Assembly (NCBI GenBank): GCA_043821645.1
Contig: JBDRCO010000062.1
Location: 1 to 10,651 of the forward strand
DNA from: Pseudomonadota bacterium
GTDB taxonomy: Bacteria; Myxococcota; JACRCW01; JAFGSX01
Reading direction: 5' to 3'
DNA: 10,651 nucleotides
This document shows, piece by piece, positions 7,249-10,651 of this stretch. Position 1 is the stretch's first letter; the number at the start of each line of letters is the position of its first letter. The position numbers were made by a program, and so were the translations under genes. Below the pieces are notes generated by a model. The model was not told the origin of the DNA. It saw only the letters and a list, made by a program, of their open reading frames with translations, and searched no databases.

Positions 7249-8979
7249 TCAGGGACGCTGCGGCGACGCACTTGCCGGACGCACCCGGCGCAGTGCGTCC
7301 TCGAGATCCGCGCGGTCGAAGGGGCGCACCAGCGCGCTCGCCACGCTCAGCTCCTGGTAGGCGTCGCGGTGCTGCTGCGCGTGGTGGCCGCTCATGGCCA
7401 AGAGCGGCACCGGTGCCGCGCCGCGCTCGCGCTCGGCGGCGCGAATGGCGCGCATCGCAGCAATGCCGTCCATGCCTGGCATCTGGATATCCATCAGCAC
7501 CACGTCGGGTTCCTCGGCCTGGCAGCGCCGCACGCCCTCGTCGCCGCTGCTCGCCAGCAGCACCTGGTGGCCAAGCCTGATTAGCATGTGCCGCGCCAGA
7601 TCCTGGTTGACCGCGCTGTCATCGACCAGCAGCACGCGCAGAGGCGCGCTCATGGGTTCGAGGTCGCCCGCGCTGGCATGCGGGGCGGCAAAGGGCAGCT
7701 CGAGCCGGAAGCTGCAGCCGCGGCCGAGCTCACCCTGCACGTCGATGCTGCCGCCCATACACAGCGCGAGCTGACGCGCGATGTAGAGCCCCAGCCCCGC
7801 GCCCTCCTGCGGCCGCGCCAGCGAACCGTCGAGCTGGGTGAAGCTGTCAAAGATGCGCTGCCGGTCCGACGGGGAGATGCCGAGGCCGGTGTCGCTGACC
7901 GTGAACAGACAGCCGAGGGACGAGGCCCGGCTCGCGGCCGGGGCCGCGCGCAGCACCACCTCGCCGCGCGCGGTGAACTTGACCGCGTTGCCGGCCAGGT
8001 TGAGCAGGATCTGGAGCAGCCGTCCCCCGTCACCGTGCACCCGCGGCGGCAGTGCCGCGTCGAGCTCGCAGCGGAGCGCCAACCCCTTGGCGGCACAACC
8101 TGGCGCGATCGCGGCGGCCACCTCGCGCAGCACGTCGCCAGGCGCGAAGTCGGCGGGGCGGATGCTGAAGTGCCCGCTCTGCAGCGCCGAGAGGTCGAGC
8201 AGGTCGTCGATCAGCTCGCCGAGCCGCTTGCCCTGCTGCCGCGCCTGGCCGATCAGCGCCCGCTGCTCCGCGCTCAGCTCGCTGTCTTCGAGCAGGGCGC
8301 TGCTGGCGACCATGGCATGCAGGGGGGTGCGCAGCTCGTGGCTGATGTTTGCCAGGAACTGCGTCTTGGCCTGGTTGGCGGCCTGCAGCCGGCGCAGCGC
8401 CAGCACCCGGGCCTGCTCGTAGAAGTAGGCGAACACGAACACGCTCGCGGCGGAGCTCAGCCAGGTCAGGAAGGCGTCCGCGGGGCGTTCGGCCGGCGGC
8501 ACCAGGTCGGGGAAGGCGACGCCGGCGCGCGCCGCGAGCTCGAAGCCCAGGGGGAGCGCGATGCTGGCGACGGCCCAGAGCAGGCCGCCGCGTCCCAGCA
8601 GAAAGAAAGGGGCGACGATGGTGATGAAGTAGGGCGCCACGTTGGTCAGCCGCAGGCCGCCAGTGAACAGGGTGGCTGCGCCAACCGAGAGGGTGGCGAT
8701 CATCAAGCTGAGGTGGCCGGCGCTGTGCAGCCGTCTATCCAGCGAGAGCTTGACCAGCACGGCGGCCGAACACAGCGAGCTGAGCAGGAACATCCCCGCG
8801 GTCCAGGGCGAGCCATAACCCAGGTGGACCAGGGCCCAGGAGGTGGTGAGCAGCAGGGTGCAGCAGATGTAGCCCACCAGCACGCGTGCGCGCAGGAGCT
8901 CGACCGCGTCTGCGGCCTGGACGGAGCGGGAGCCAAACAGCTCCCGGAAAAACGCGCGGCTGCGGTCAAGCGTGGCCAT
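7249..8979 (-). CDS. Membrane-bound hybrid sensor histidine kinase (TM region, HisKA, HATPase_c, REC), 576 aa
   Basis: About 6 N-terminal TM helices. H-box FLANISHELRTPL (His codon 8340-8338), N-box LLQILLNLAGNAVKFT, G1 VSDTGLGI, F-box IFDSFTQ, G2 GAGLGL. Receiver domain VLLVDD...DVVLMDIQMPGMDG (phospho-Asp codon 7491-7489). Confidence 0.96.
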   Translation of the reverse strand: MATLDRSRAFFRELFGSRSVQAADAVELLRARVLVGYICCTLLLTTSWALVHLGYGSPWTAGMFLLSSLCSAAVLVKLSLDRRLHSAGHLSLMIATLSVGAATLFTGGLRLTNVAPYFITIVAPFFLLGRGGLLWAVASIALPLGFELAARAGVAFPDLVPPAERPADAFLTWLSSAASVFVFAYFYEQARVLALRRLQAANQAKTQFLANISHELRTPLHAMVASSALLEDSELSAEQRALIGQARQQGKRLGELIDDLLDLSALQSGHFSIRPADFAPGDVLREVAAAIAPGCAAKGLALRCELDAALPPRVHGDGGRLLQILLNLAGNAVKFTARGEVVLRAAPAASRASSLGCLFTVSDTGLGISPSDRQRIFDSFTQLDGSLARPQEGAGLGLYIARQLALCMGGSIDVQGELGRGCSFRLELPFAAPHASAGDLEPMSAPLRVLLVDDSAVNQDLARHMLIRLGHQVLLASSGDEGVRRCQAEEPDVVLMDIQMPGMDGIAAMRAIRAAERERGAAPVPLLAMSGHHAQQHRDAYQELSVASALVRPFDRADLEDALRRVRPASASPQRP

Positions 8980-9334
8980 GGATAGAGCCCGTGCTCTCCT
9001 GCCTCACCCCGAGACAAGGCCCGGCAGCATAGGAGATCCGGGCTCTGCCTGCAGGGCTTTTTACGGTGGTCGGGGTGCCTGTCAGGCGCAGGATTGTGGG
9101 GCGTGGACCGCGCGGCCTCAACCCGAGCCCGGTCCCGGCTGCCGCGCTCACACGCAGCGCTCCGGCACAGGAGCAAGCAGGGACCGAGGCCGATCTGCGG
9201 TTCGTTTTTGTCTGCAGCAGCCATCCATCGCTGCTCCGATGACGAGGCGGGGGAGCGGGCTGCGTCCCGAGGCAGGCAGTGTGAATTTTGACCAGCGTGC
9301 CACGTCCACCGGACGCGACCAGAATGGGAGCCAC

Positions 9335-10009
9335 ATGCCACGAACCACATTTCCGTCCCCACTCTTGGGCTGTGCCTCCGTCGTCAGGGCCCTGGCGATC
9401 GGCTTGAGCCTGATCCCGCTCTGGGGGTCTGTGTTGCGCGCCCAGGCAGACGCATCGTCCGAGTGCCGGACAGGCAGCGACGGCCGTGTCGCATGCGGCT
9501 ACGCCTGCCGCATGGGCAGCGACGGGCGCATGGCCTGCGCTGACACACCTGACGGCACCTGCGCCATGGGCAGCGACGGCCAGGTCGTGTGCACCGCCCT
9601 GCGCGGCGCCCGCTTCGCCCCGGTGCCCGGCGTTCGCGCCGAATGCAGGATGGGCAGCGATGGCCATGTGGTGTGCGGATTCACGTGCAGGATGGGCAGC
9701 GACGGCCACGTCGCATGTGCCGACACCCCCAACGGGTCCTGCGCCATGGGCAGCGACGGCCGTGCAGTGTGCTCGCGTCTCGCCGCTTCCCAGGCTGCGG
9801 GCAATCCCGAAGCGCGCAGCGAGTGCAAGATGGGCAGCGACGGTCACGTGGTGTGCGGCTTTGCATGCAAGATGGGCAGCGACGGCCATGTCGCGTGCGC
9901 CAACACGCCCGACGGAACCTGCGCCATGGGCAGCGATGGACACGTCGTCTGCACGCGGCTGGTGGTCCCGGTCCGGCAAGGACCTCAGCGACGACGCCCG
10001 CGGCGGTGA
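9335..10009 (+). CDS. Secreted cysteine-rich repeat protein (9 x CxxGSDGxxxC in three 60-aa units), 224 aa
   Basis: ATG 9335 with SD GGGAG, preferred over the track's 8972 start, which overlaps the kinase. Signal-like N-terminus ending VLRAQA. Three units of the form ECxxGSDGxVxCG(Y/F)xCxMGSDGxxACA(D/N)TP(D/N)GxCAMGSDGxxVC. Arg-rich tail QRRRPRR. Confidence 0.88.
   Translation: MPRTTFPSPLLGCASVVRALAIGLSLIPLWGSVLRAQADASSECRTGSDGRVACGYACRMGSDGRMACADTPDGTCAMGSDGQVVCTALRGARFAPVPGVRAECRMGSDGHVVCGFTCRMGSDGHVACADTPNGSCAMGSDGRAVCSRLAASQAAGNPEARSECKMGSDGHVVCGFACKMGSDGHVACANTPDGTCAMGSDGHVVCTRLVVPVRQGPQRRRPRR
9461..9955 (+). repeat. Nested coding repeat: nine GGCAGCGA(C/T)GG motifs with an exact 180-nt higher-order period
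   Basis: Motif starts 9473, 9515, 9569, 9653, 9695, 9749, 9833, 9875, 9929. Spacings 42, 54, 84, 42, 54, 84, 42, 54. Variation is mostly at third codon positions. Confidence 0.95.
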
Positions 10010-10077
10010 CCTCTGGGTTGGCACGCCGCACGCGGTGGATGGCGGGCCGCTGCGCGATCCCTTGGGTGCCCGATCAT

Positions 10078-10345
10078 GGGTGAAGGACGAATAAACGCCC
10101 GCAGAAGAATCCCCGCAGGCCCCCCCCGCACGTGCTGCAACGCACCTCGACGTCGAAGACCATCTTGAGCAACTGTGCCCACGAAATGCGAGGCAGCTTC
10201 TTCTGCGGCGTGTTCGCCTCGGCTGGCTCCACAGCCGGGACCGCGGCCAGCTGGGCACTGGTCTGGGGACGATCTCGGCGCGTTGCCTGGCGCTGGTGCC
10301 AGCACGCTGTGGTAGCGGATCAGGTTGAACCTGGGATATCCGGGT
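10078..10345 (-). mobile_element. Degenerate IS91/ISCR-family remnant: frameshifted transposase C-terminus plus oriIS-like end
   Basis: Three successive minus-strand frames give YPRFNLIRYHSVLAP / SARQRAEIVP / KLPRISWAQLLKMVFDVEVRCSTCGG. This matches the IS91-family Y2 transposase C-terminus as I recall it (PRxNLxRYHGVLAP..WAxLLxRVF.IDxxxCxxCGG). It is followed by GGGCGTTTATTCGTCCTTCACCC (10100-10078), resembling ISCR oriIS ends. Confidence 0.8.
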
Positions 10346-10366
10346 CGCCACGAGGCCTGGAGTTGG

Positions 10367-10585
10367 TCAGGCCGCGGTATCGAGGTCCTGGTCTGTGGAG
10401 GGGGCCGTGGCGTCCAGGAGCTGGTGGAAGGCTTTGTGGATGTTCTGTCCAGCCTGGTGACCTTGTCGGGGTCACCATTGCTCCAGCCTGCAACGTAGCC
10501 GAAAGAGCAGAGCGACGAGTCCAGGCCGAAGGCCTTCATGAGGCAGAAGGCTACGCTCTCGGCCTAGATCTCGCACAGGTCAGAG
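10367..10585 (-). pseudogene. C-terminal remnant of an ArdC-like / zincin metallopeptidase (MPTase-type) mobile-element gene
   Basis: Reads DLCEI*AESVAFCLMKAFGLDSSLCSFGYVAGWSNGDPDKV, matching the ExEAESVA...GLD...YSFGYVAGW motif. TAG at 10566-10564 replaces the expected Glu. After a frameshift it continues QAGQNIHKAFHQLLDATAPSTDQDLDTAA to TGA at 10369-10367. No HExxH is visible upstream in the window. Confidence 0.75.
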
Positions 10586-10651
10586 AAGTATCATCTCAAG
10601 GAGAGACAGCGAAGGTCTTCGCTGCAATCCAGCGAGCATCTGTCACAGAAG

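Noticed and set aside
7369-8985. Plus-strand ORFs 7588..8985, 7838..8422, 7394..7774 and similar
   Set aside because: Antisense shadows of the histidine kinase in very GC-rich DNA.
8984-9046. 8-bp inverted repeat AGAGCCCG / CGGGCTCT upstream of the kinase
   Set aside because: Short, GC-rich and 47 nt apart, so plausible by chance. No further support.
9461-9955. Regular short DNA repeats that could be taken for a CRISPR array
   Set aside because: The repeats are only ~11-14 nt. Spacings are unequal multiples of 3, the intervening sequences are homologous to each other, variation is synonymous, and no cas genes are present. This is a coding repeat.
9335-10009. Cys-rich repeat protein as a multi-core RiPP precursor
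   Set aside because: It has a Sec-type signal rather than a leader peptide, no protease sites between cores, and no modifying enzyme or transporter in the window.
8966-10351. 461-aa minus-strand ORF with AAH repeats
   Set aside because: Antisense reading of the Cys-rich repeat gene joined to one frame of the IS91 remnant.
9985-10539. 184-aa ORF as a genuine ArdC-transposase fusion protein
   Set aside because: It is produced by frameshifts in two adjacent pseudogenes. Each homologous stretch continues in a different frame.
10564-10566. Amber readthrough or recoding (e.g. pyrrolysine, alternative code)
   Set aside because: The same remnant has a frameshift and an upstream stop, and TAG appears to terminate the RHH gene normally at 2929-2931.

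Overview
GC-rich window that looks like an accessory or mosaic region of a Myxococcota/deltaproteobacterium-like genome (lineage inferred from the Agl-type domains and secreted repeat proteins). Nearly every intact gene encodes a cell-envelope protein. Left to right: (1) a lipoprotein of more than 960 aa on the minus strand, built from ~390-aa tandem modules, that runs off the left edge and is missing from the ORF track; (2) a small ribbon-helix-helix-like regulator; (3) a divergent outer-membrane beta-barrel and a small lipoprotein; (4) a 671-aa membrane protein that appears to fuse two degenerate mini TolQ/ExbB-like units with two different ExbD/TolR periplasmic domains (AglS-like, then AglQ-like), the most unusual feature here; (5) a small secreted SH3-like protein; (6) a membrane hybrid histidine kinase; (7) a secreted Cys-rich protein with a nested 3x3 CxxGSDGxxxC repeat; (8) at the right edge, remnants of an IS91/ISCR-family element with an oriIS-like end and of an ArdC-like gene. 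All family assignments come from motif recognition by eye and from memory. No database search was run.
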